Virus record (IMG/VR): IMGVR_UViG_3300045988_137997
Span: 1-46,538 of that record
DNA length: 46,538 nucleotides
Direction: 5' to 3' (one strand)
Source of the DNA: a virus
The notes beneath the pieces were generated by a model. That model was not told where the DNA came from. It worked only from the letters and a program-made list of their open reading frames with translations, and made no database searches. The translations under genes were made by a program, and so were the position numbers. Of the stretch, positions 34,423-42,412 are shown piece after piece. Positions within the stretch are counted from its first letter, which is position 1. The number at the start of each line of letters is the position of its first letter.

Positions 34423-35340
34423 CTAGATCTCCCACGGTGTCTTGCAGTCCGGGTTATCACAAAAGGCCGCGGCTTTGCGGTTGAACCACAGCGCCCGGTT
34501 GCCTTCGTAGTCGCCATTACGCTGTTTGACGATTCTCAGAATCGAATCGCCTTCGGAGTGATCGTCTGCCGGCGTTAAAATGCCGTCCTCCCGGCGCTTT
34601 TCTTTCGATCGGTTACGCTGGATCAGAATGAGGTTGTCGGCTTGGTCGATAATCGATCCGGAGCCTTTAAAGCTGAACTTTCCGATCTCCTCGTTCTCGT
34701 CTTTGCCCTTGCGAACGTGATGCACGAGGTGGATGTGGATGCCGAGGCGGCGTGCGATAGCGCACAACTCCTGCACGAAGTCCTTCTGCGAGTTGTAATC
34801 GTCTTCGCCAGACACGCATCGCATGAGGTTGTCGATAAAGATGTGACGGCAAAAGCGCTGCTGGGCTGCTACCACTATTGCGCCGAAGATGATGGACTGA
34901 TCGAGAGCGCCGACATAATCGAAAAGCAAGATGCTCTCGTTGTAACGGGCAAGGAAACGCTTCACCTCGTCGTACGTCTGCGGGTAATGGCCGAGCCACT
35001 GGCGGCACATGCGGAAAAGCGTGCGCTTCGGCTCCATCTCAAGAGACATAATGCAGGACTTGTGACCTGCGTCCGCCAGCTGCAAAGCGAGCTGCCCTGT
35101 GAGCAAGCTTTTTCCGTGGCCATTTATGCCGCCCCAGATCGTCACTTCTCCGTCGCGGAAAGCTAGGCGGTTTTCAAGCGGAAAGGCGTCCCCCTTGAAG
35201 CGCCCCTCAAGGATGCAGCACATTCCGTCTTCGAAGGCTTCAGGCTTGCGCAGGCAAGTCTGGATCTGAAGCTGATCGTAAGCGTCACGGTAGTCTTGAG
35301 GGTCGTCGAAATTCACGATTTCAGGTTGCGGGTAAGTCAT
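34423..35340 (-). CDS. Replicative helicase, DnaB C-terminal/RecA-like ATPase domain
   Basis: Walker A GINGHGKS, Walker B HIFIDNL, and ...HLVHHVRKG..., typical of DnaB_C. Confidence 0.75.
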   Translation of the reverse strand: MTYPQPEIVNFDDPQDYRDAYDQLQIQTCLRKPEAFEDGMCCILEGRFKGDAFPLENRLAFRDGEVTIWGGINGHGKSLLTGQLALQLADAGHKSCIMSLEMEPKRTLFRMCRQWLGHYPQTYDEVKRFLARYNESILLFDYVGALDQSIIFGAIVVAAQQRFCRHIFIDNLMRCVSGEDDYNSQKDFVQELCAIARRLGIHIHLVHHVRKGKDENEEIGKFSFKGSGSIIDQADNLILIQRNRSKEKRREDGILTPADDHSEGDSILRIVKQRNGDYEGNRALWFNRKAAAFCDNPDCKTPWEI

Positions 35341-35686
35341 AGAAATTCGTCCTTTTGTTCGTCATGAAGTCGTACATGAGCAGGCCATGCTCGTCATGCG
35401 TGTAAATCGCAGACGGGCGGTTTTCGATCTTTTGAAGCTCCTTCCATAAGAGGCGTGCTCGTCGGTAGTCGATAGGCTTGGCGTCGATCCATACCGTGCG
35501 CCCTTGGCAAAAAGAGAAGTCAGCTCCGACAATCTCGTCGCGCGATTCCAAAAGCACTGTGAGTCGTTCGCCCGTGCAAGGATGTTTGACCTCGTGAAAT
35601 CGTTCGGAGGCACGATCCACAAAGTCGAAGGCCACCGTGTGAACTCGCCAGTAGTCAGAGCCAAGTGTTTTGAGACTTGGGATCAT
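35321..35686 (-). CDS. Hypothetical protein
   Basis: 121-aa ORF between the initiator and helicase genes. Confidence 0.45.
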   Translation of the reverse strand: MIPSLKTLGSDYWRVHTVAFDFVDRASERFHEVKHPCTGERLTVLLESRDEIVGADFSFCQGRTVWIDAKPIDYRRARLLWKELQKIENRPSAIYTHDEHGLLMYDFMTNKRTNFYDLPAT

Positions 35687-36754
35687 TCACACCTCCCCGC
35701 TCAGGACGCGCTCGAAAAGGTCAAAAGAACGCTCGGCCTCCAGCTCCTCCTCGGTCTTCTGACGAGGCGGACAGTTCTGCGGCGTGACCTTGAAGGGGTT
35801 CACAGGCTCGGGCTTCACCATGAACTGCGCGCGCCCGGGCTCATAGCCGACACGTTCAAGGTCTCTGGCGTTGATGCGCCGGCACCAGTTCCGCCATGTA
35901 GCAGTCCAGTCGGACTTGCGGCCTTTTGCCCCCGGCTGTGCGATCCAGTGGTCACGAAACTCTTCGAAAACTTTTGCTGGGTCAGCCTTGGGCTGAATGC
36001 GCCTACACTCTTCTCGCCATTCGTCAGAAAGCTCTTCCAAGGTAAAGCGAGTTCCTCGCGGTTCTTCCTTCGCGGCTTTCTTTACAGAGGTCCGGGCCGG
36101 AGTATCGGCACCCTCGTTTTCTTTTTGAATCAACGACTTAGATGCTATTTCGTTCGCTGAATCGGCAGGACTTGGGACCATCAAGGGCGCACCCCTATTT
36201 TCCTTTTGAATCAAAGAGTTGCGCTGCGTTTTTTCGGTTTTAGCCGCACCCCTATTTGCCTTCTGGTCCGAATCGTCAAAAAGATCGCGAGAGTAGTTAC
36301 TGTTCTCTTCTTGTTCTTTTAGTTGTTCTATTCGGGTACAGGATTCCGTACCCGTCCCCCCAATCTTCCTGTACCCGTCTACTACAGGTTCCTGTAGGGG
36401 TACGGAATTGTTTAGGGGTACAGGTTCCTGTAGGGGTACGGAATAATTACCCCCTATGCGAGGACACGAAAAGATTCGACCAACGTCAACAAAGAAGTAG
36501 CGCCTTTTGCCACTTTCTTGCTCCGTGCGAATCCACTTTTTTTCTTCCAAGCTTTTGATCTGCAGCGGAACAGTGTTCTTATGCAAACGGCTTTCCTTGG
36601 CAAGCAACGACGTGCTGGGGAAGCAGTCGCCCCCGGTGTCGTCATTGGCGTGCTTGCAGATGGCGCAAAAAACTCGCCATTCGCTATCTGTCATACCTTC
36701 AAAGGTACGGTCGTAGCATTCAAACAAAAGCCTCCGCATTGCAATCTCCATCAC
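35687..36754 (-). CDS. Replication initiator (lambda O-like, winged-helix N-terminus)
   Basis: N-terminal wHTH-like region. Peptide repeats (NSVPLQEPV x2; SLIQKENxGA x2) reflect DNA iterons inside the gene. Confidence 0.6.
   Translation of the reverse strand: MMEIAMRRLLFECYDRTFEGMTDSEWRVFCAICKHANDDTGGDCFPSTSLLAKESRLHKNTVPLQIKSLEEKKWIRTEQESGKRRYFFVDVGRIFSCPRIGGNYSVPLQEPVPLNNSVPLQEPVVDGYRKIGGTGTESCTRIEQLKEQEENSNYSRDLFDDSDQKANRGAAKTEKTQRNSLIQKENRGAPLMVPSPADSANEIASKSLIQKENEGADTPARTSVKKAAKEEPRGTRFTLEELSDEWREECRRIQPKADPAKVFEEFRDHWIAQPGAKGRKSDWTATWRNWCRRINARDLERVGYEPGRAQFMVKPEPVNPFKVTPQNCPPRQKTEEELEAERSFDLFERVLSGEV
36105..36450. repeat. Putative origin: two iteron families flanking an AT-rich spacer
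   Basis: Family 1: at least 5 GGGTAC-containing elements, including ACAGGTTCCTGTAGGGGTACGGAAT twice (36384..36408 and 36420..36444). Family 2: three copies of GCACCC(C)T.(T)TTT.C(C)TT.TG..TC.A between 36105 and 36275. Confidence 0.55.
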
Positions 36755-36993
36755 GCTTTGGCTTTTGGCGCGGCTTGAACCTCAAGAGGAGCCGGGATGT
36801 AAGGATTGAGAATGTGAGCGGGTAGGCCTGTTACTTCCACAGCCTTGCGCAGGTGCTTTTGCGTCACGTATCCGCGAGCTCGCCAACTCGTAACGACCGC
36901 AGGTGTGACCCCGATCATTCGCGCGAGCTGGGATTGCGTGCCACCAATAGCCTGCAATGCCGCATCAATAGGATTGATTTTCGGTTGTTTCAT
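36751..36993 (-). CDS. Cro/YdaS-like HTH regulator
   Basis: ATG at 36993. GGTQSQLARMIGVTPAVVTSWRARGYV is the HTH. Divergent from the repressor gene. Confidence 0.7.
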   Translation of the reverse strand: MKQPKINPIDAALQAIGGTQSQLARMIGVTPAVVTSWRARGYVTQKHLRKAVEVTGLPAHILNPYIPAPLEVQAAPKAKA

Positions 36994-37022
36994 TTTTGCA
37001 CTCGTTGTCAAAGTTGCAATAG

Positions 37023-37052
37023 ATACTACTAGCATTCTAGCTATTTTGTCAA
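37023..37052 (-). promoter_or_regulatory. PR-like early promoter
   Basis: On the minus strand, TTGACA, 18 nt spacer, then TAGTAT. Overlaps TTGACAA operator-like motifs. Confidence 0.45.
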
Positions 37053-37126
37053 CAGATCCTAAATAATTATGTCGGGCAGATTTTGGTTTTTGTTGCTACT
37101 ATCCTAGTGACAAAAGGAGTTAACCC

Positions 37127-37822
37127 ATGACACTAGCTGATCGACTTAATTGGCTTTTGGCGCAAAGGCACATGACTCATGTGGAACTCGCGCAAGCCAT
37201 CGGTGTATCTCGCCAGGCCGTCCAAAAATGGGCTTCCGGGCAATCCGAACCCAAGGGCACTAATCTCGCAAAAATCTGCCGTTTTTTTGGTGTTACAACC
37301 GAGTGGATGGTTCACGGTGATGTCGATTCTCAACAAAATCCAAAAGGTGAACCTGTAGGGGCCTATCACGAGGACGACCCCGTGCCAGAAGGATATGTTT
37401 CTAGCCCTGAATATCGCATCACGTTCGGTGCTGGCTCATGCGAGCCACCCACTATCGAAGAAGAGAAAAACGCTCGCAAAGCCCTTTATCGCCAAGATTT
37501 CTTTGATGCGCACAACGTCAAAGCCGAAGATTGCAAGCGGTACAAAGTAAGCGGCGACTCGATGGAGCCGACACTTTGTGACGGGGATACTGTACTGGTA
37601 GCTGGAAATACAGATCGAATCATTGACGGTGATGTGTATGTGTTCTCCGTCAGGAACGAAATGATGATCAAGCGTCTTTACCGAAGAGCTAACGGTACGA
37701 TTGTCATCCATTCGGACAATGGGGACGGTCGATACATCGACGAAGAATTGACTCCAGAAGATCAGGAACGAGAATACTTCCGAATGTATGGACACGCTAT
37801 CGAAAGAAGCGGTCCTCTGTAA
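37127..37822 (+). CDS. CI-like repressor (XRE HTH + S24 LexA-type peptidase)
   Basis: HTH MTHVELAQAIGVSRQAVQKWASG. Ser/Lys dyad motifs GDSMEPTL and MIKRL. Confidence 0.9.
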   Translation: MTLADRLNWLLAQRHMTHVELAQAIGVSRQAVQKWASGQSEPKGTNLAKICRFFGVTTEWMVHGDVDSQQNPKGEPVGAYHEDDPVPEGYVSSPEYRITFGAGSCEPPTIEEEKNARKALYRQDFFDAHNVKAEDCKRYKVSGDSMEPTLCDGDTVLVAGNTDRIIDGDVYVFSVRNEMMIKRLYRRANGTIVIHSDNGDGRYIDEELTPEDQEREYFRMYGHAIERSGPL

Positions 37823-37850
37823 GTCTTAGAAAAGAGTCTGCCCTATACGA

Positions 37851-37878
37851 AAGCCACCCAAACGGGTGGCTTTTTTTT
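37851..37878 (+). terminator. Intrinsic terminator after the repressor gene
   Basis: AAGCCACCC-aaac-GGGTGGCTT followed by T8. Confidence 0.8.
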
Positions 37879-37931
37879 GCGCAAATTTGCAAACTTTTGA
37901 TAAAAATCAACGAAGCGAAATTTAACTTTTG

Positions 37932-37960
37932 TTGACAACATTAACTAATAAAGTTAATAT
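37932..37960 (+). promoter_or_regulatory. Near-consensus sigma70 promoter (PL-like)
   Basis: TTGACA, 17 nt spacer, then TAATAT. The -35 lies inside GTTGACAAC, an operator-like palindrome. Confidence 0.6.
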
Positions 37961-37966
37961 GGCTTC

Positions 37967-38247
37967 AACAACGAAAGCAACAGTTGCTTCTCAAAAACAA
38001 CTTTTGCGGTTGAAGCAAGCGTCACCGAAGGCGCGTGCAAAGCGGGTGCAAGTCCCGTGGTGCCTGAGTGGGGATGACGACCTGACCTAACGGCCCAAGC
38101 AAGCGCACAGTCAACACGCGCAACCTGATTTGATGCCCGAGTGTGGGCTACATGGCGGAGTGATACCTCCGCTCACTTCAGGGAAAAGGCCAATTGAAGC
38201 CAGTTCTTCGGATTTTCCGAAAAACTGGCTTCCGTGGGTCTTTTTCA
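37967..38247 (+). ncRNA. Structured ORF-free leader or ncRNA
   Basis: GC-rich, with no credible ORF and multiple hairpins (38154..38173; 38196..38232, a 16-bp interrupted stem followed by a T5 run). No known RNA family recognised. Confidence 0.3.
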
Positions 38248-38409
38248 ATGGAGAACAAAGTGAAAATCACCAAAAACGAATGCGCTTCGCTAATCGACAA
38301 CCTCCTCTGCGCCATCCAAAAGACAAAAAAAGACCCGCTCAAGGTCACTAAACGCTACATCAAAGCGCTCAAGTACCTCAAGCGAGTTTCTAAGTCCAAG
38401 GAGCTTTAG
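38248..38409 (+). CDS. Small basic protein
   Basis: MENKVKITKNECASLIDNLLCAIQKTKKDPLKVTKRYIKALKYLKRVSKSKEL. An alternative GTG at 38260 has a GGAG SD. Confidence 0.4.
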   Translation: MENKVKITKNECASLIDNLLCAIQKTKKDPLKVTKRYIKALKYLKRVSKSKEL

Positions 38410-38582
38410 AGCACCTTTTCAACGGCTTCAATCATCGCCTTAATCCTCTTGGCTCGATCTTGCATGTCTTGCAAGGTCGAATCCTTGATAGGCGTTGAAG
38501 AACAAGCCACTCCGGGTATTACCAACAAACCGGACTGAAGCATTGCCAGAACGATCTTTTCTGCAAGTTCACGTTTTTCCAT
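38406..38582 (-). CDS. Small hypothetical protein (58 aa)
   Basis: ATG at 38582 with a GGAGG SD. Convergent with the small basic ORF. Confidence 0.45.
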   Translation of the reverse strand: MEKRELAEKIVLAMLQSGLLVIPGVACSSTPIKDSTLQDMQDRAKRIKAMIEAVEKVL

Positions 38583-38662
38583 TTTTACCTCCGTGAGTTG
38601 GTTAGAGAACGTCGGTTTTCTGACCTCTTCCGACTCTCTAATCATCTCACGGACTACCAGCT

Positions 38663-38932
38663 ATGTGCTTTATCACCTATCGACCGGGCTTCCACATGAA
38701 GCCCGATGACAACGACTTCTTCCCCGATCGTCCAGACCCTTTCCGAGATGCTCAAGAAAAGCTCGAGGAGATGGTTGACGAAGGCATCTTCGACGAGGTC
38801 GATGCCGACACCGCCGCCGAGATCGTCGAGCAGGTCGCGACAAGCGACGAGTTCGATTTCGACTTCGACAAAACCGTTCAGCTCTGGGAATGGTTCGAAG
38901 ACACATACGACTTTACGGAGGCATCGGCATGA
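38663..38932 (+). CDS. Strongly acidic small protein (possible DNA mimic)
   Basis: 27 Asp/Glu versus 5 Lys/Arg in the 78 aa counted from the internal Met at 38696 (hand count). First gene of the early plus-strand block. Confidence 0.5.
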   Translation: MCFITYRPGFHMKPDDNDFFPDRPDPFRDAQEKLEEMVDEGIFDEVDADTAAEIVEQVATSDEFDFDFDKTVQLWEWFEDTYDFTEASA

Positions 38933-39318
38933 CCACCAAAAAGTACTTCAAGGCCATCGACTGGCAGGTAGAACCCTGCGACCTCACTCGCGGCGGCGAG
39001 AACTTGATCAACCTCCGCTGCTTGGACGGTGCACACGTCGATCTGTGCATAACCGGATCCTGCACGATCTTCATCTTCGGCATACGGATCGACGAGTTCA
39101 AGGCATCGATCAGCGGTCTTGCCAAGAGCCTTCGAAAGCCAGACCTCGACAACTCGCTAGGCGTCATCCAATGGTGCGCATACGAAGGCTTGACGATCGC
39201 AAAAAGCAACGTATTGGCTCGCTTTGGCACTGACAAAGCTCACGTACAAGGTCTGATCGACTACGCCCGCGACTTCCTACGGCAAGTAAAGGAGCACCAA
39301 GATGCGCAAGCTGCTTAA
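38929..39318 (+). CDS. Hypothetical protein
   Basis: ATGA overlap with the upstream gene. 129 aa. Confidence 0.5.
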   Translation: MTTKKYFKAIDWQVEPCDLTRGGENLINLRCLDGAHVDLCITGSCTIFIFGIRIDEFKASISGLAKSLRKPDLDNSLGVIQWCAYEGLTIAKSNVLARFGTDKAHVQGLIDYARDFLRQVKEHQDAQAA

Positions 39319-39433
39319 GACCTTTTGGACACCTGATGAGCACGGCGAACGTCCCGCCGTGCTTTTTTTGACCGCCGCGGCTGGCTTCGGCTCGATCCTG
39401 AGCCTGCCGTGGATCATCTACCTCCTCCAGTGA
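39302..39433 (+). CDS. Small membrane protein (43 aa)
   Basis: AAGGAG SD. My own translation: MRKLLKTFWTPDEHGERPAVLFLTAAAGFGSILSLPWIIYLLQ. Confidence 0.5.
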   Translation: MRKLLKTFWTPDEHGERPAVLFLTAAAGFGSILSLPWIIYLLQ

Positions 39434-39538
39434 CTCTTTCAGAAGGCGAGTCCTTCTGCCTGCGGCCTGGCTCCCGTCGTCTGGCTCCTTGGCGACGCAG
39501 ACCGCAGACAGAAGATCTCAAAACCTCAAGGAGCCGAA

Positions 39539-39721
39539 ATGAAAAGAGACATCTACTTTGATCCGATTGTTTACGACGCTTGTTGGAAGGCATATCGCAA
39601 ACGCGTTTGGCGAGAACGGCTTGACTTCTGCAAGAAACATTGGTCGCTGCTTGCGATCGGCGCACTGGCCGTCACTGGTGCAGTCGCACTCGTCTTTTGG
39701 AGGCTGTCATGGATGAACTGA
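39539..39721 (+). CDS. Small C-terminally anchored membrane protein
   Basis: AAGGAG SD. C-terminal TM segment WSLLAIGALAVTGAVALVFW. Confidence 0.5.
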   Translation: MKRDIYFDPIVYDACWKAYRKRVWRERLDFCKKHWSLLAIGALAVTGAVALVFWRLSWMN

Positions 39722-39855
39722 CACGCGAAGAGATGGTCGAGTACATCGACTATCTGGACTCAAGGCTTGAGGCTTTGTATGCCGAGAGCGACGAGGAACC
39801 GGACACGAAAAAGGCCGAAGGAGCTGACGACTCCGACGGCCCGATCCCTTTCTGA
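39709..39855 (+). CDS. 48-aa acidic peptide with an SSB-like C-terminal tip
   Basis: MDELTREEMVEYIDYLDSRLEALYAESDEEPDTKKAEGADDSDGPIPF ends in D-rich...IPF, like the E. coli SSB tail (DDDIPF). Confidence 0.45.
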   Translation: MDELTREEMVEYIDYLDSRLEALYAESDEEPDTKKAEGADDSDGPIPF

Positions 39856-39903
39856 AAACCTATAAAAAGGGGCGTTCGTTGATGAACGCCCAAAGGATAC
39901 CAC

Positions 39904-40554
39904 ATGAGCTACGCCACTTTGATACTTGGCGAGAGCGGAACCGGAAAAACCTGCTCGCTTCGCAATCTCGATCCTGCCAAAACCCTGCTAATCCAGCCAG
40001 TCCGTAAGCCTCTCCCCTTCCGCGCTCACGAATGGCGCGAGGGCAAAGGCGGCAATATTTACGTGCAAGCGGATCCCGAAAAGATCGTGGCCTGCATGAA
40101 ACGCGCACCGCACGACATCATCGTCGTCGACGACTGGCAGTACATCCTTGCCTTGATGTTCATGAACCGTCGGAAAGAAACCGGATACCAAAAGTTCTCG
40201 GACATCGGCGGCGCAGGTTTCGACATTGCCAAGACGGCAGCCGAACTCGACCAGGACAAGCGCGTTTACGTACTGGCGCACACGTCCACCGACGACTTCG
40301 GAAACGTCCGGATCAAGACGCTGGGCAAGATGCTCGATGACAAGATCGTTGTCGAAGGGATGTTCACGACAGTGCTCCGGACGCACGTCGAGAACGGCAA
40401 GTACACCTTCCTCACAAAGAACAACGGCCAGGACACGGTCAAATCGCCTCTTGGACTTTTTGACGCCGGCGAGATCGAGAACGACCTCGCAGCAGTCGAT
40501 GCTGCCATCTGTGACTACTACGGAATTTCACCTCAAAAGGAAACTGACAAATGA
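39904..40554 (+). CDS. AAA_24/Sak4-like recombination ATPase
   Basis: Walker A LILGESGTGKT, Walker B IIVVDD. 216 aa. Confidence 0.7.
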   Translation: MSYATLILGESGTGKTCSLRNLDPAKTLLIQPVRKPLPFRAHEWREGKGGNIYVQADPEKIVACMKRAPHDIIVVDDWQYILALMFMNRRKETGYQKFSDIGGAGFDIAKTAAELDQDKRVYVLAHTSTDDFGNVRIKTLGKMLDDKIVVEGMFTTVLRTHVENGKYTFLTKNNGQDTVKSPLGLFDAGEIENDLAAVDAAICDYYGISPQKETDK

Positions 40555-41189
40555 CTTCCATGATTATGAGCTTCACCAGAAACGACGCCGCCGCAAAGTC
40601 CCTTGACGGCGGCACTCATATCTCCCAGTCCGGAGCATACACAGGGCAGATCACTCAGGCAGCTATGTTCATGAGCGACAAAGGTTCGCAATATCTTCAC
40701 ATCACTTTTAAAGCTGATGACGGCCGCGTATGCACAACTCCGCTTTTTCTGACAAAGACAACTGGAGAAGAAAGCTTCGGACGCAAGATCCTTGATGCGC
40801 TTCTAGTGGTGTGCGGTGCACAAAGCGCATCCGTCACTGAAGGCAAGGTGTATATCCGCGACCGTAATGCTCCTGGAGGAATGCGAGTCGATCTTGGGTA
40901 TCGACTTCTGGCAGTAGAGCGTAAGCACATAGGTCTTGTCCTCCAGCGAGTGAATAAGAAGAATCGGGACGGTTCTGACGGATACGACATGATGCTTCTA
41001 ACGCCGTTCGATGCTACGACCCGAAAAGTAGCCCGCGAAATTTTGGACAATGCCACCGAGGCAAAACTGCTTGATCAGCGTCTAAAGAACCTAAAAGACA
41101 GGGATGCGAAGCCTGCCGATTCCTCCAGTCAGCCGCCGGCGAACCACCCGGCAGTCGCCGCTCCGATGGATGACGATCCGCCTTTTTGA
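40551..41189 (+). CDS. Phage ssDNA-binding protein (DUF669-like) with an acidic SSB-type tail
   Basis: SGAYTGQITQA...GSQYLHITFKADDGR is a DUF669-like pattern. C-terminus PMDDDPPF. Follows the Sak4-like gene. Confidence 0.5.
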   Translation: MTSMIMSFTRNDAAAKSLDGGTHISQSGAYTGQITQAAMFMSDKGSQYLHITFKADDGRVCTTPLFLTKTTGEESFGRKILDALLVVCGAQSASVTEGKVYIRDRNAPGGMRVDLGYRLLAVERKHIGLVLQRVNKKNRDGSDGYDMMLLTPFDATTRKVAREILDNATEAKLLDQRLKNLKDRDAKPADSSSQPPANHPAVAAPMDDDPPF

Positions 41190-41246
41190 TACCGTCCCAG
41201 CCCTGAAACTTTACGTATAGGCCGCCACTGAGCGGCCTTTTTTCTT

Positions 41247-41555
41247 ATGACATTCGAAGAACTTTTGGAAAAGGTCAAAGCCGCTAAGAACTTGCGCAGA
41301 GTGATCCAAGACAGCGGCGCGACATACATCGGTGAAAGCTTTGCTTCGGACGAACTGCTTTTTTGCTGGATATTCCAACATCCCGCAAAAGATTTTGAAC
41401 GGAAAGACCGCGGAATCGGTGCCTGTGTAACAAAAGCCAATGACATCAGTTGCGTTGAATACGTTTCGCTAAGCCCGAAACAGCTGTGTCAGTTCCGTGA
41501 GGCGTTGGCAATGAATGCCGACTTTTATGACGAAAATGATGAGGTGCAACCGTGA
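41247..41555 (+). CDS. Hypothetical protein
   Basis: 102-aa ORF. Confidence 0.45.
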   Translation: MTFEELLEKVKAAKNLRRVIQDSGATYIGESFASDELLFCWIFQHPAKDFERKDRGIGACVTKANDISCVEYVSLSPKQLCQFREALAMNADFYDENDEVQP

Positions 41556-41665
41556 AAGACCTTCTCTACTTGCTCGGAGCGCTCGGATTCGTCGCTTTTC
41601 TGATGATCGTGATGATCGGCGTTGTCGGAGCCAGCTTCAAGTTCTGGATAGATCTTTTTAGCTAG
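41552..41665 (+). CDS. Small membrane protein (37 aa)
   Basis: GTG overlaps the upstream stop. My own translation: VKDLLYLLGALGFVAFLMIVMIGVVGASFKFWIDLFS. Confidence 0.35.
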   Translation: MKDLLYLLGALGFVAFLMIVMIGVVGASFKFWIDLFS

Positions 41666-41675
41666 TGAGGAGCAG

Positions 41676-41963
41676 ATGAGTTTTGCAGAGGAGTTTGTCA
41701 AGCACGGCACAAAAGAACGGCAAGAGCGTTTCGCGCAGTTGTTTATCGGGTTGCTCACCAGGCCAGGGATGCCGCAGCTTGATTCGGTATCGATCTTCAG
41801 ACTTCTGTCTGTGCACGCTCTTGAATGGCCTGGAGAGGAAAACGAGTGCTGGAAAGAGATCGTCGGGCTCGCAGTCTATTTCTACGTTCAAGCCGTTCAA
41901 TCCGGAGAGATCGACATGAAGGCCCTTTTTGAGCAACTCAAAAACAGGATGGGTAACGCATGA
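41676..41963 (+). CDS. Hypothetical protein
   Basis: 95-aa ORF with a GAGGAG SD. Confidence 0.5.
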   Translation: MSFAEEFVKHGTKERQERFAQLFIGLLTRPGMPQLDSVSIFRLLSVHALEWPGEENECWKEIVGLAVYFYVQAVQSGEIDMKALFEQLKNRMGNA

Positions 41964-42409
41964 GCAAGTACAGACTCAAAAACGCTGAACTCCAGCGTCA
42001 TCTTGACGCCATCAGCGATGGTGACTTTTCCCGTCAGATTGAAGGCCACCTTCAAAACATCAAAGGCCGTGGGACGACTGACGCAGACTACAGGCTCTTT
42101 TTTGGCGAACTGCCTGGTCGATACGAAATCGTAAATCGGTTCTCGATGCTTCTTTACGAGCACGAAATCGAAGTCTTCGAAGAGTACGACCCGAATGACT
42201 GGAACGTATATCCGGACGTCACGCCTCCGGAAGGCGTAATGATGCGGTGCATTATCAAGACGCCTGGCAGAAATCTGGATGGACCTGAGCCTGAGCTTCC
42301 GAAGATTTGCGCACGCACTTCAGGAGTTTGGGATGGTCGACGCTGGCATTTCTTTGGGCATGGAGACCTTCGTGAGGGATGCACAGTTGAGTTCCGCACA
42401 TGGGAGTGA
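41960..42409 (+). CDS. Hypothetical protein with a DUF551-like C-terminal part
   Basis: WNVYPDVTPPEGVMMRC resembles the DUF551 motif. Confidence 0.45.
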   Translation: MSKYRLKNAELQRHLDAISDGDFSRQIEGHLQNIKGRGTTDADYRLFFGELPGRYEIVNRFSMLLYEHEIEVFEEYDPNDWNVYPDVTPPEGVMMRCIIKTPGRNLDGPEPELPKICARTSGVWDGRRWHFFGHGDLREGCTVEFRTWE

Positions 42410-42412
42410 CCA

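Noticed and set aside
37961-38201. Inverted repeats GGCTTCAA and TTGAAGCC flanking the structured RNA resemble retron a1/a2 repeats.
   Set aside because: No reverse transcriptase gene is present. The left repeat probably lies upstream of the transcription start predicted from the -10 box.
38130-38351. A 73-aa ORF lies inside the structured leader.
   Set aside because: It has no SD and a Pro/Gly/Arg-rich composition, and it overlaps the better-supported small basic ORF in another frame.
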